From NCBI GenBank assembly GCA_965223665.1, contig OZ245011.1, forward strand, positions 384,001 through 448,000: 64,000 nucleotides of DNA, written 5' to 3'. The DNA is from Nitrospinaceae bacterium. GTDB taxonomy: Bacteria > Nitrospinota > Nitrospinia > Nitrospinales > Nitrospinaceae. Both the position numbers and the translations under genes were made by a program. The notes under the pieces were generated by a model that had not been told where the DNA came from, ran no database searches, and saw only the letters and a program-made list of their open reading frames with translations. The stretch's first letter is position 1, and each line of letters begins with the position of its first letter. Positions 20,121 to 30,096 of the stretch are shown here, in pieces.

Positions 20121-21074
20121 ATGGCCATCGATGATAAAGAATTAGATGAGATGATGCCGGCGACGGAGCTCAATTGGACCGAAGACGCCAAATCCAGAAT
20201 GCTAAATGTCCCTTTTTTCGTGCGGAAAAGTGTAGTACGGGGGATTGAACAATATGCGAAAGACAAAAGTATAGAATTAATCGATGATGAAGTGGTTTCT
20301 CGAGCACGTCAAGAACGTGAAGGTGCTGCAATAGCTGAAAGAAAAGCCCAACAGTCTCAGCAACAAACGGAGGATGGGAAACCTGTTCGACGCCAATTCG
20401 TAAACTTCTCTTTCTTTAAATTGGATCCTGCATATCGGCGTTTGCCTCAAGAAGAAATTGATAAAGGAAAAAAAGAATTTATAGAAGTTTTAGAAGATTA
20501 TGACAATTCGGATGAAGTAATTGTTTTGACTTATACGATGGTTGGAATCCGGGCGGATGCTGAAATTATGCTATGGAGAATTTCCTACCGTTTGGAGGCT
20601 TTTCAAGAAATGACCACACGGTTATTACGAACCGGATTGGGAAAATATTTAAATCAAACCTATTCTTATTTTTCTCAAACTAAACGTTCCATGTATATGG
20701 ATATTTTTAATCCAGAGCATGAGGAAGATCGTACCCATATTATTCCGGGAAAGGCCAAATACCTATTTATCTATCCATTCACAAAAAAACGTGAGTGGTA
20801 TTTGCTGACCAAATTTACCAGACAGGGAATCATGGATGAGCATATTCATGTTGGTAATAAGTTTCCCTCTGTAAAATTAAATACCACCTATTCTTTTGGA
20901 ATAGATGATTATGAATTTGTCGTTGCATTTGAAACCGATTCACCGGATGACTTTTTAGATCTAGTCATGGAATTGCGTGAAACTGAGGGAAGCCGGTACA
21001 CCTTGGAAGATACTCCTATCTTTACATGTACGGCGCTATCAATTCATGATGCTGTAGATTCACTTGGGATATAA
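20121..21074 (+). CDS. Chlorite dismutase-family protein, probably coproheme decarboxylase (ChdC/HemQ-like), with N-terminal PCP_red-like domain
   Basis: IYPFTKKREWY, MDEH, YSFGIDDYEFVVAFE; N-terminal WTEDAKSRMLNVPFFVRKSV..IEQYA. Confidence 0.8.
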   Translation: MAIDDKELDEMMPATELNWTEDAKSRMLNVPFFVRKSVVRGIEQYAKDKSIELIDDEVVSRARQEREGAAIAERKAQQSQQQTEDGKPVRRQFVNFSFFKLDPAYRRLPQEEIDKGKKEFIEVLEDYDNSDEVIVLTYTMVGIRADAEIMLWRISYRLEAFQEMTTRLLRTGLGKYLNQTYSYFSQTKRSMYMDIFNPEHEEDRTHIIPGKAKYLFIYPFTKKREWYLLTKFTRQGIMDEHIHVGNKFPSVKLNTTYSFGIDDYEFVVAFETDSPDDFLDLVMELRETEGSRYTLEDTPIFTCTALSIHDAVDSLGI

Positions 21075-21215
21075 ATATTTCCAGGAAAAGTCTTTAATGA
21101 ATAAAACTGGAATATAGCGTACACTCTCCCTTTTTATCTTAGTAGGATAAAAAGCTTTTACCGGGCAACCCAGGAAAATTCCTTTGGCCGCCCGGCATAA
21201 ACCTGGTAACAACTA

Positions 21216-23240
21216 TTACTTCACAGAAAACCCAACTGCTTTACCGTTATGATGGACAACCGCGCCATTGCTATTAACAATAGCCCGATCATAACCCCTT
21301 AATGTAAGTGTATAGCCGCACTTATCCATTTTTGAAGTGTCTAACTGCCAAACCCCGTTTCCATCCCCATTATCCGACAGGGAACCGTAGCTTCTGCATT
21401 GAGGCGAAGCTTTTGTTCCATTGGTATGAGTACTAGGTTGAAGATCTAAATGCCATTTCCAAAAATGTTTATCGACTGCCCTAAGATGTCCTTGAATTGT
21501 GTCTCCTTGGTCATAGCTATGACAATCTCCTCCGTCAATAACAATATCCAAAGTAGAACTAAAGTCGATGGATGTATTGGCCGTAGGACTTGCCAAATAA
21601 TTCGTATTATCCAAAACAATTGTCACTATATCTGAGTATTTAATATTGATTGGATTCAACCCTGGATAATCTTGAGTGTAAGCAACACGAAGATCATAGG
21701 GACCTTCCAAACTGCCTGTACTCCAACTTGCTAAAAAGGCACTTTCTTCAAGAATAGGGGGAGAAGCCGTGGGGTCTTCTTGGTAGGGAAACCAACCATC
21801 GGGCCTATTTTCAGTTTTTACCTCGACAGGATGAAGCGGATCGAAAGGGTTGGGGTGTGCTAAACGATAAGTAATTTTATTGGTAACTGGAAGCCAATTA
21901 TTGGCACCGTGAGGTGAATATTGTACTTGATAATAAACACTTCCAGGAACACCGGTATTATAGATCCTACCTTTTACCGAAACGTGCCCACCAAAGGGTC
22001 TGTCTTTAGCAGGCTGACTGCAATTGGCTGGGTTAAGTATTCCCATTGAAGGATTAGCCAGAAAGGTTGAAGAATCTATATTCTCGATCGGAACATTGCC
22101 TACATAATATAGTAAATCTATCAATCCAGTGCCACGTTGTTTAATGTGTCGCAAACGAACCAGACGATCCAAACGGTTTCCCCATGTGTTTAGTTGATCA
22201 GGGTCTGTTGTAGAGGGAGGCACTGCCCATGATAATACAGCACGTATTCGAATGATATTTGGGTCATCACAACCTTTAAGTTTATCGGTTAGATTTATCG
22301 GTAAAAACACACTATAAAATAATCCATTATTTGGGATATTATTTATGTCGTGTACATCGACTGAGGCCGTACCCAAGTATTTATCATAAACACCGTTGTT
22401 ATTACAATCGGCCCAAAATGCGACATATTCTTTGCTTCCGCTTTGACACAAGCTTCCACTATAACCGGAGGATTTTTTTAAATGGATTACGGCTCCTAAG
22501 GTATCAGTTGCCGTATTCAAACCTACACAAACAATTTCTTCAAAACTTACATTAGCTTTATCTTCAGAAATAGCTTTAATTATTTTATTGAAATCAATAT
22601 TTAGTTCCTTCAATTTTGTGAAATCCGGTTGAAGGGAAGCTTGTGCAAATGATTGATTTTTGAGAAACATTGGACCAACCGCATCGTAGATAATTCGATG
22701 GTCAGGAACCTTTGCTTTTCTATATTTTTCCACCAATTTGCTATAGGGGACTGGATTAGGTTTTTTGAGTTTAAGGTTGGCATCAAAGTCAATGGATTCC
22801 AAAATTTCCGGGTTGGGAAATTTAATGAATTCATTCTGAATAAGACAATTGAAACTAAACTTTGGACGGATTTGAATATCTGCGTCTACGTGATTTCCAA
22901 ATGGAGGCATATAATTGGGATCTAAAGGTGGAATTTGGTTCCAAGCTAAAATAGCTCGAACTTTGGGTAATACACTGGTGTTACAGCATTTTTGATAATC
23001 ACTGTCCTGCAAAGGAAGAGTGACCATAGCTTCCAATTGTGATAATTGAGGATTAAAACCAACGCAATGAAGTTCCTCCCAATGTGTAGTACCAATAAAA
23101 GGAAAAAATTTTTCAAATTGATCTGAAAAAATAGTTTCTGCTGCAAATAAATTTGCAAGAATAGTTTTTCGGGTTTCCTCCAATTGCCTAATTCGGTTTG
23201 GATTAATTTTTACAAGTTTTCCTGTTTTTACTTCAATCAT
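21216..23240 (-). CDS. Large hypothetical protein with an internally duplicated Cys-containing domain
   Basis: 674-aa ORF with GGGAG RBS; EELHCVGFNP/EEIVCVGLNT and VRAILAW/IRAVLSW repeats. Confidence 0.8.
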   Translation of the reverse strand: MIEVKTGKLVKINPNRIRQLEETRKTILANLFAAETIFSDQFEKFFPFIGTTHWEELHCVGFNPQLSQLEAMVTLPLQDSDYQKCCNTSVLPKVRAILAWNQIPPLDPNYMPPFGNHVDADIQIRPKFSFNCLIQNEFIKFPNPEILESIDFDANLKLKKPNPVPYSKLVEKYRKAKVPDHRIIYDAVGPMFLKNQSFAQASLQPDFTKLKELNIDFNKIIKAISEDKANVSFEEIVCVGLNTATDTLGAVIHLKKSSGYSGSLCQSGSKEYVAFWADCNNNGVYDKYLGTASVDVHDINNIPNNGLFYSVFLPINLTDKLKGCDDPNIIRIRAVLSWAVPPSTTDPDQLNTWGNRLDRLVRLRHIKQRGTGLIDLLYYVGNVPIENIDSSTFLANPSMGILNPANCSQPAKDRPFGGHVSVKGRIYNTGVPGSVYYQVQYSPHGANNWLPVTNKITYRLAHPNPFDPLHPVEVKTENRPDGWFPYQEDPTASPPILEESAFLASWSTGSLEGPYDLRVAYTQDYPGLNPINIKYSDIVTIVLDNTNYLASPTANTSIDFSSTLDIVIDGGDCHSYDQGDTIQGHLRAVDKHFWKWHLDLQPSTHTNGTKASPQCRSYGSLSDNGDGNGVWQLDTSKMDKCGYTLTLRGYDRAIVNSNGAVVHHNGKAVGFSVK

Positions 23241-23578
23241 CTCGATTCTCCCTAAAGTTTTGTTAGTAATTTATTATAGGGATCATCTAATAAATATAGG
23301 TTTGCCAATATCGTTGAATAAATGAAAAATATGTCGTGCGGGTCGAAATTCCCCTGTCGTAATTAAAACTACAGAAAAATGAGAGAAGGGTGGAGTAATT
23401 TAATCTGTTGGCTAGGAATTATATTTTAAATAAATTATAGGATATTTATTTAATTCCTATCATTTTATATAGGAGTGATTTCATGTGAAAATATCTAAAA
23501 GTAATGTTGCCTGATTTATATGAGAGATAAGATTTAGAAAGAGACTAAAACCTAAACGGGAAATTCAAATTAACTAGG

Positions 23579-24271
23579 TTAGGAGAGTAAGTATCCATTT
23601 TCCCAAAGCCCTCCATAAACTTGACCACTAGCTAAAATGTGTACGCCTTCTCCATGGGGTAGGTCGTCTTTAAAATACCCCATGAATCGATCTCCATTGG
23701 CATAAATATAAGTTCCTTTCCCATGCATCCTATCTTGTTGGAAACCACCTGAGTAGGAATCTCCGTTTGCATATATCATCTTTCCCTGGCCATCGGGTTT
23801 GTTATATTTGAATTGCCCAGTGTAGCGGTCTCCGTTGTTAAAGGTGTAAATACCCATCCCATGCATCATATTGTTTGACATCTGTCCTTCATATCGGTCT
23901 CCATTTTTCCAAACCCTTGTATAGAACCCAGGGGCCTCTTCAGATTCAAAATGAGAGTTGGGAGAAGATTCAGGGTCGCTTTTTGGGGATTGAGTTGAAT
24001 CATCTTCTGTTTGAAATTGAGAGTGCCTAAATTTGGGATTGGATTGGTCATCTGCATAACGAATGTTATTTTGATTATCCAGGACCGATTCTATTCGTTT
24101 ATAAGCATCAAGAATTTTTTGAAATTTTTTATGGGCTCTTTTCTGTAAATCTGTGTCCTCAGAGGGAAAACGGTCAGGATGCCAACGTTTTACTTGTTCC
24201 TTGAAAGCTCGTTTGACATCCTTCCAAGTGGCGTTTGGTTGAACGCCTAAAATTTCGTAATCATTGAGCAT
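23579..24271 (-). CDS. DnaJ-domain + MORN-repeat protein
   Basis: YEILGV..WHPDRF J-domain; repeated NGDRYxG..xxHGxGxY MORN units. Confidence 0.9.
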   Translation of the reverse strand: MLNDYEILGVQPNATWKDVKRAFKEQVKRWHPDRFPSEDTDLQKRAHKKFQKILDAYKRIESVLDNQNNIRYADDQSNPKFRHSQFQTEDDSTQSPKSDPESSPNSHFESEEAPGFYTRVWKNGDRYEGQMSNNMMHGMGIYTFNNGDRYTGQFKYNKPDGQGKMIYANGDSYSGGFQQDRMHGKGTYIYANGDRFMGYFKDDLPHGEGVHILASGQVYGGLWENGYLLS

Positions 24272-24332
24272 TAAACACCTAAAGAAGAAAATAGATTCTA
24301 GGCATTATATAGGACTCTATTAAAAATAAAAA

Positions 24333-25253
24333 TTAGAATTGGGGTTCAGCTTCCGGAACTAATGGAGTTTCAGGAGCCTCAATCTTTTCTAAAGGCTTTA
24401 GAGGCTTTACAGGTCTATTCATAAAGTGACAAAGTAGTTGATTAATCTGTTCACGCAATTCTTTTCGATGAACCACTTGGTCTATGAGGCCATGTTCCAA
24501 AAGAAATTCCGCAGTTTGGAAACCTTCTGGAAGTTTTTGATTAATAGTTTGCTCAATAACTCTTGGGCCGGCGAACCCAATCAAAGCTCCTGGTTCTGCA
24601 ATAATCACATCTCCCAAAAAAGCAAAACTTGCAGAAACACCTCCCGTCGTCGGGTCACTTAGAATAGAAATATAAGGAAGTTTATGTTCGGCTAATTGCT
24701 TAAGAGCGGAGGAGGTTTTTGCCATTTGCATTAAAGAGAGAATGCCTTCCTGCATTCGCGCTCCTCCGGAACAACTTATAATAATTAGTGAATTTTTATT
24801 TTGAATGGCGCGTTCAATTGATCTGGTAATTTTCTCACCTACGACTGAGCCCATACTTCCACCTAGAAAGCCAAATTCAAAGGCGCAAACTTCCACTCGA
24901 TGTTCTCCAATCATACCTGTTCCACAAAGTATTGAGTCTGAACTTTTTCCCTGTTTGAGAGAGGATTTGATTCGGTCTTTATATTTTTTTTTGTCTTTGA
25001 ATTTCAGTGGATCCGTTGAAACCAAGTGATGATCATGCTCTACAAAAGAATCAGGGTTTGTGAGTGATTGAATTCTTTGCATTGCAGACATACGAAAATG
25101 ATAATCACATTTGGGGCAAATATGTGAATTCGCTTCCAAATCAATTTCGTATACTTGTTCTTTGCATTTTTTGCATTCCACCCAAGATTCGGTAGGCTTG
25201 GGAATTTTTTTAGTTAGTCCAGATTTAGTTTTAAATTTATCGATCCAAGACAT
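24333..25253 (-). CDS. accD: Acetyl-CoA carboxylase carboxyltransferase beta subunit
   Basis: CxxC...CxxC zinc finger, [29 protein letters not shown]. Confidence 0.97.
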   Translation of the reverse strand: MSWIDKFKTKSGLTKKIPKPTESWVECKKCKEQVYEIDLEANSHICPKCDYHFRMSAMQRIQSLTNPDSFVEHDHHLVSTDPLKFKDKKKYKDRIKSSLKQGKSSDSILCGTGMIGEHRVEVCAFEFGFLGGSMGSVVGEKITRSIERAIQNKNSLIIISCSGGARMQEGILSLMQMAKTSSALKQLAEHKLPYISILSDPTTGGVSASFAFLGDVIIAEPGALIGFAGPRVIEQTINQKLPEGFQTAEFLLEHGLIDQVVHRKELREQINQLLCHFMNRPVKPLKPLEKIEAPETPLVPEAEPQF

Positions 25254-25302
25254 AAGCAATAATTAGAAAAGATGAATGAGTGTTAGAGAGAAAAGATAAA
25301 AA

Positions 25303-26055
25303 TTAAGAGGTTTTTTTTATCTCCAAATTTTGTTTCCGCTTTGAAATAGAAGTAAGCATCATTAAAGGACCGGATAAAGTATAAATGAGGCTTACCGTAA
25401 ATAAGGCTATTCTAGGTATGGTTGCTATGGTGTAGAGGAATAATATTACAAACATAAAGCGCGTGAAAGTGACACGTTTTTTAATTTCAAACTTCTTAAA
25501 TGTTGGATAAGGAACATTGCTTACCATAAGAAAAGCTAAGAGATAAACAACAAACACCATAATCATGGGATTTAATCGCGTTGCAAATAAATCCTCGAAA
25601 GCAATCACAATACATGCAATTACTGCTGCGGCTGCAGGGATAGGTAAACCGGTAAAGCGATTGTTGCTTTCTTCAGGTTTCGTAATATTGAATCGTGCTA
25701 ATCTTAAAGCTCCACAAAGTAAAAATAGAAAAGCGGCCATCCAACCTAGGCGTCCAAATGGTTTTAATACCCAAGAGTAAGCTAAAAGGGCAGGGGCCAT
25801 TCCAAACGAAATTACATCTGCAAGGGAATCATATTGAACCCCAAATTCACTGGTTGTATTTGTTAGGCGTGCAACTCTTCCATCAAGTCCATCGAAAACA
25901 ATGGCCAGGATAAGGGCACAGGCAGCCATGTAATACTGTTCATTCATTACGGCAATTAAGGCATAAAAACCGCAGAAAACATTTCCTGTAGTGAAAAGGC
26001 TGGGAAGAATATAAATGCCTTTTTTAAACTTTATTCGATCTTTTTTGAATTTCAT
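25303..26055 (-). CDS. pssA: CDP-diacylglycerol--serine O-phosphatidyltransferase
   Basis: DGLDGRVAR, DSLADVISFGMAP, LRLARFN, FTGLPIP. Confidence 0.95.
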   Translation of the reverse strand: MKFKKDRIKFKKGIYILPSLFTTGNVFCGFYALIAVMNEQYYMAACALILAIVFDGLDGRVARLTNTTSEFGVQYDSLADVISFGMAPALLAYSWVLKPFGRLGWMAAFLFLLCGALRLARFNITKPEESNNRFTGLPIPAAAAVIACIVIAFEDLFATRLNPMIMVFVVYLLAFLMVSNVPYPTFKKFEIKKRVTFTRFMFVILFLYTIATIPRIALFTVSLIYTLSGPLMMLTSISKRKQNLEIKKTS

Positions 26056-26714
26056 GCAGCCTCTGAGGTGCGGGAAGGACTCTCCTCTCCTAAAAATCCA
26101 ATTATGCTTGATCCTCCCTTAACATGATCGCCGATTGTCACTTTAATTTCAGCATTTTTCGGTAAAAAAATATCTGTGCGTGAACCAAATCGGATTAATC
26201 CGAATCGCTGGCCTAATTGATAATTATCACCTTCTTTAGCCCAACATACAATTCTTCGAGCTATTAACCCAGCAATTTGTTTGATCAAGACTTTATTTTT
26301 TCCTGTGTTGATTAATAAAGCATTTTGTTCGTTATCCAAGGAAGCTTTGTGGCTAGCAGCATTTAAAAACTTTCCTCGGTTGTATCTTACTGCTTCAATG
26401 GTCCCACCCACTGGAACTCTATTGACATGTACATTAAACACATTGAGGAAAATACTCACTCTTTGGAAGGATTCTCCTAAAAGTGGATCAGTGTCTTCAA
26501 CTATTTCAACAACTTTTCCATCAGCAGGTGAAACCACAACATTTTTCTGCTGGGGAATTTCTCTTTCAGGGTCCCTAAAAAAGTTTAACACAAAAATAAG
26601 TGCTAAAAAACAAAGGCCTGCCAACCAAAAAATAGATAGAAACCCAAATAATAGCGTTAACAACAGCAGCGGAATGATGAAGCGGTAACCATCTGAGGCG
26701 ATTGGAATTCTCAT
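26052..26714 (-). CDS. psd: Phosphatidylserine decarboxylase proenzyme
   Basis: FFRDP, SPADG, NVHVNR, QIAGLIARRI, IRFGSR. Confidence 0.95.
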   Translation of the reverse strand: MRIPIASDGYRFIIPLLLLTLLFGFLSIFWLAGLCFLALIFVLNFFRDPEREIPQQKNVVVSPADGKVVEIVEDTDPLLGESFQRVSIFLNVFNVHVNRVPVGGTIEAVRYNRGKFLNAASHKASLDNEQNALLINTGKNKVLIKQIAGLIARRIVCWAKEGDNYQLGQRFGLIRFGSRTDIFLPKNAEIKVTIGDHVKGGSSIIGFLGEESPSRTSEAA

Positions 26715-26726
26715 AGTCGTCTCAGA

Positions 26727-27743
<1,017 letters not shown>

Positions 27744-27769
27744 CTATAAATAATTTGAGAGATTAAGAA

Positions 27770-28258
27770 TCAATTTAAAGATTTAATTCCGCGGCTGAGA
27801 GCAATTCGACCGGAACGAACGATTTCTTTTATTCCCAAAGGTTTTAATAGTTCCAGAAATCCTTTAATTTTTCCTTCGTCTCCGGTAATCTCAATCGTGT
27901 AGGTGGACGAACTAACATCGACGACTTTAGCTCTAAAAATTTCCACAATTCGAAGAATTTCTTCTCTCACTCGTGGTTCTGCATTCATTTTTACCAAAAT
28001 CATTTCGCGATCAATAAAGTTTTCTTCAGTAAGATCTACGACTTTAATTATGTCCACCAATTTGTTTAATTGTTTGGTAATTTGCTCAATGACTTTATTG
28101 TCACCTCGCGTGACAATAGTCATTCGGGAAATATTAGGGTCATTGGTCTCGGCCACGTTTAAACTTTCAATATTATACCCTCTACCGCTAAATAGGCCGG
28201 AAATTCTAGATAGGACACCAAATCGATTGGCCACCAAAACGGAAATCGTATGTTGCAT
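27770..28258 (-). CDS. ilvN: Acetolactate synthase small subunit
   Basis: ACT domain GVLSRISGLFSGRGYNIESL, EQITKQLNKL, EITGD, RSG. Confidence 0.96.
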   Translation of the reverse strand: MQHTISVLVANRFGVLSRISGLFSGRGYNIESLNVAETNDPNISRMTIVTRGDNKVIEQITKQLNKLVDIIKVVDLTEENFIDREMILVKMNAEPRVREEILRIVEIFRAKVVDVSSSTYTIEITGDEGKIKGFLELLKPLGIKEIVRSGRIALSRGIKSLN

Positions 28259-28393
28259 GGATTTTGAACCTAAAGGAAATGAAAAAGTTAAAAAGATTCG
28301 AAAATTGAAGAGGTTATACTAGCAAAAACAAGGCTTTTTTTCTATAGTTCTTGGGCATAGATTTCTTTAAAACCTGTATTTTTTAAAAAAACC

Positions 28394-29047
28394 TTGGACA
28401 ATTCCACTTTAATTAAAGTCATCAGGCAATTAGATAAAAATCTGCCCAAATGGAATAAACCCACCGCAGTAAAAATTGCCGAGTCGGGAAATCCATTTAA
28501 AATTTTATTGGTAAGTTTATTGAGTTCCCGAACCCGCGATGGGGTTACGGAAGAAGCACTCAGCCGGTTATGGAAATTTGCAAGTTCCCCCACAAAATTA
28601 CTTACGTTGAAAGTTGAAAAAATTGAAAAGCTTATTTTCCCGGTAGCGTTTTATAAGAATAAAGCTAAATGTTTGCAATCAGCTTGCCGGGATATTGTGG
28701 GAAAATTTGAAGGCAAAGTACCTGAGAATATCCAAGGATTACTATCATTAAAGGGAATTGGGAGAAAAACCGCCAATTTAATTTATACACTTGCGTTTAA
28801 TGGAGAAGGAATTTGTGTTGATACACACGTCCACCGGATTGTGAATCGATGGGGGTATGTCAAGACCTCTTCAGCAGAATTAACCGAGCAAGCTTTGCGG
28901 AAAAGATTGCCAAAAAAATATTGGAAAAAATTTAACGAATTATTGGTAACTTTTGGGCAAAATTGCTGCAAGCCTCTTTCCCCCATTTGCAGCGAATGTG
29001 CAGTTGCAAGGTTTTGCCCAAAAATCAGTGTAAAAAACCAACGATGA
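28394..29047 (+). CDS. nth: Endonuclease III
   Basis: HhH LKGIGRKTAN, VDTHV, CKPLSPICSECAVARFC 4Fe-4S motif. Confidence 0.93.
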   Translation: MDNSTLIKVIRQLDKNLPKWNKPTAVKIAESGNPFKILLVSLLSSRTRDGVTEEALSRLWKFASSPTKLLTLKVEKIEKLIFPVAFYKNKAKCLQSACRDIVGKFEGKVPENIQGLLSLKGIGRKTANLIYTLAFNGEGICVDTHVHRIVNRWGYVKTSSAELTEQALRKRLPKKYWKKFNELLVTFGQNCCKPLSPICSECAVARFCPKISVKNQR

Positions 29048-29078
29048 AAATTTGATTATAAAATCAATTTAATAATTT

Positions 29079-29804
29079 CTAGTCTAAATTACCTATAATT
29101 TTCTTTTGAATTTCAATCAATTCCTGTATTCCCTTGTTGGCTAAGGTCAACATTGCTTCCATCTCCTTTTTTCCAAAAGGGTCTCTTTCTGCAGTACCTT
29201 GAATCTCAACAAATTTGCCTTTCCCGGTTTTGACAATATTCATGTCAACTTCTGCGATAGAATCCTCGCTATAATCCAGATCTAGAATCTTATTTCCTTC
29301 AAATATTCCTACACTGGTAGCCGCCACAAAATCTTTTACCGGAATTGATTCAATTTTCTGATTTTTCTTTAATGATTTTAATGCTAGACAAAGGGCTACA
29401 AAAGCACCTGTGATGGATGCCGTTCTAGTTCCGCCATCTGCTTGAATTACATCGCAGTCAATCCATATGGTTCTTTCTCCAAGTTTTTCCATATCGATTA
29501 CACTTCTAAGAGACCGTCCAATAAGTCTTTGGATTTCTTGAGTACGGCCAGAAACTTTTCCTCTGGATGATTCTCTTGGGGTTCGGGAATGTGTTGCTCT
29601 TGGAAGCATTGAATATTCTGCGGTGACCCAACCGTGATTAGAGTCTCTTAAAAAAGGCGGAACCTTTTCATCAACGCTTGCATTGCAGATCACTTTAGTA
29701 TTTCCTACTTCAATTAATACGGAACCTTCTGCATGCTTGATGAAATTCTTCTTAATGGAAACTGGTCTCAGTTGTTGAGGGGAGCGTCCGTCATTTCTGA
29801 TCAT
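29079..29804 (-). CDS. rph: Ribonuclease PH
   Basis: [43 protein letters not shown] 29804 with GAGG RBS. Confidence 0.97.
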   Translation of the reverse strand: MIRNDGRSPQQLRPVSIKKNFIKHAEGSVLIEVGNTKVICNASVDEKVPPFLRDSNHGWVTAEYSMLPRATHSRTPRESSRGKVSGRTQEIQRLIGRSLRSVIDMEKLGERTIWIDCDVIQADGGTRTASITGAFVALCLALKSLKKNQKIESIPVKDFVAATSVGIFEGNKILDLDYSEDSIAEVDMNIVKTGKGKFVEIQGTAERDPFGKKEMEAMLTLANKGIQELIEIQKKIIGNLD

Positions 29805-30096
29805 TATGACCTCTGTCTTTGAATTAGAGATGATAGGGGTATCCTTTAAGGAAATCGAAAATTTGAAGGGCATAAAATATCAGGATTTGTATATATTATC
29901 AATCAATTCCCATGTTGATTCTTTGTGTTATTTGTAAATAATTTTGGAAAATAAGGCTCAATCAAGAAATAAATTGGGAAATGGATGGTTAAATGCAGAA
30001 AGGACTTGATATTTAGTTATATAATTGATTATAAAAGGGAAACCCGTTACTCTGAATTTAGGTTCCAATATTAATTATATGGAGATAAATTAGCGC

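Noticed and set aside
20121-21074. True chlorite dismutase
   Set aside because: The distal Arg position holds Leu and a ChdC-type Tyr-Pro is present.
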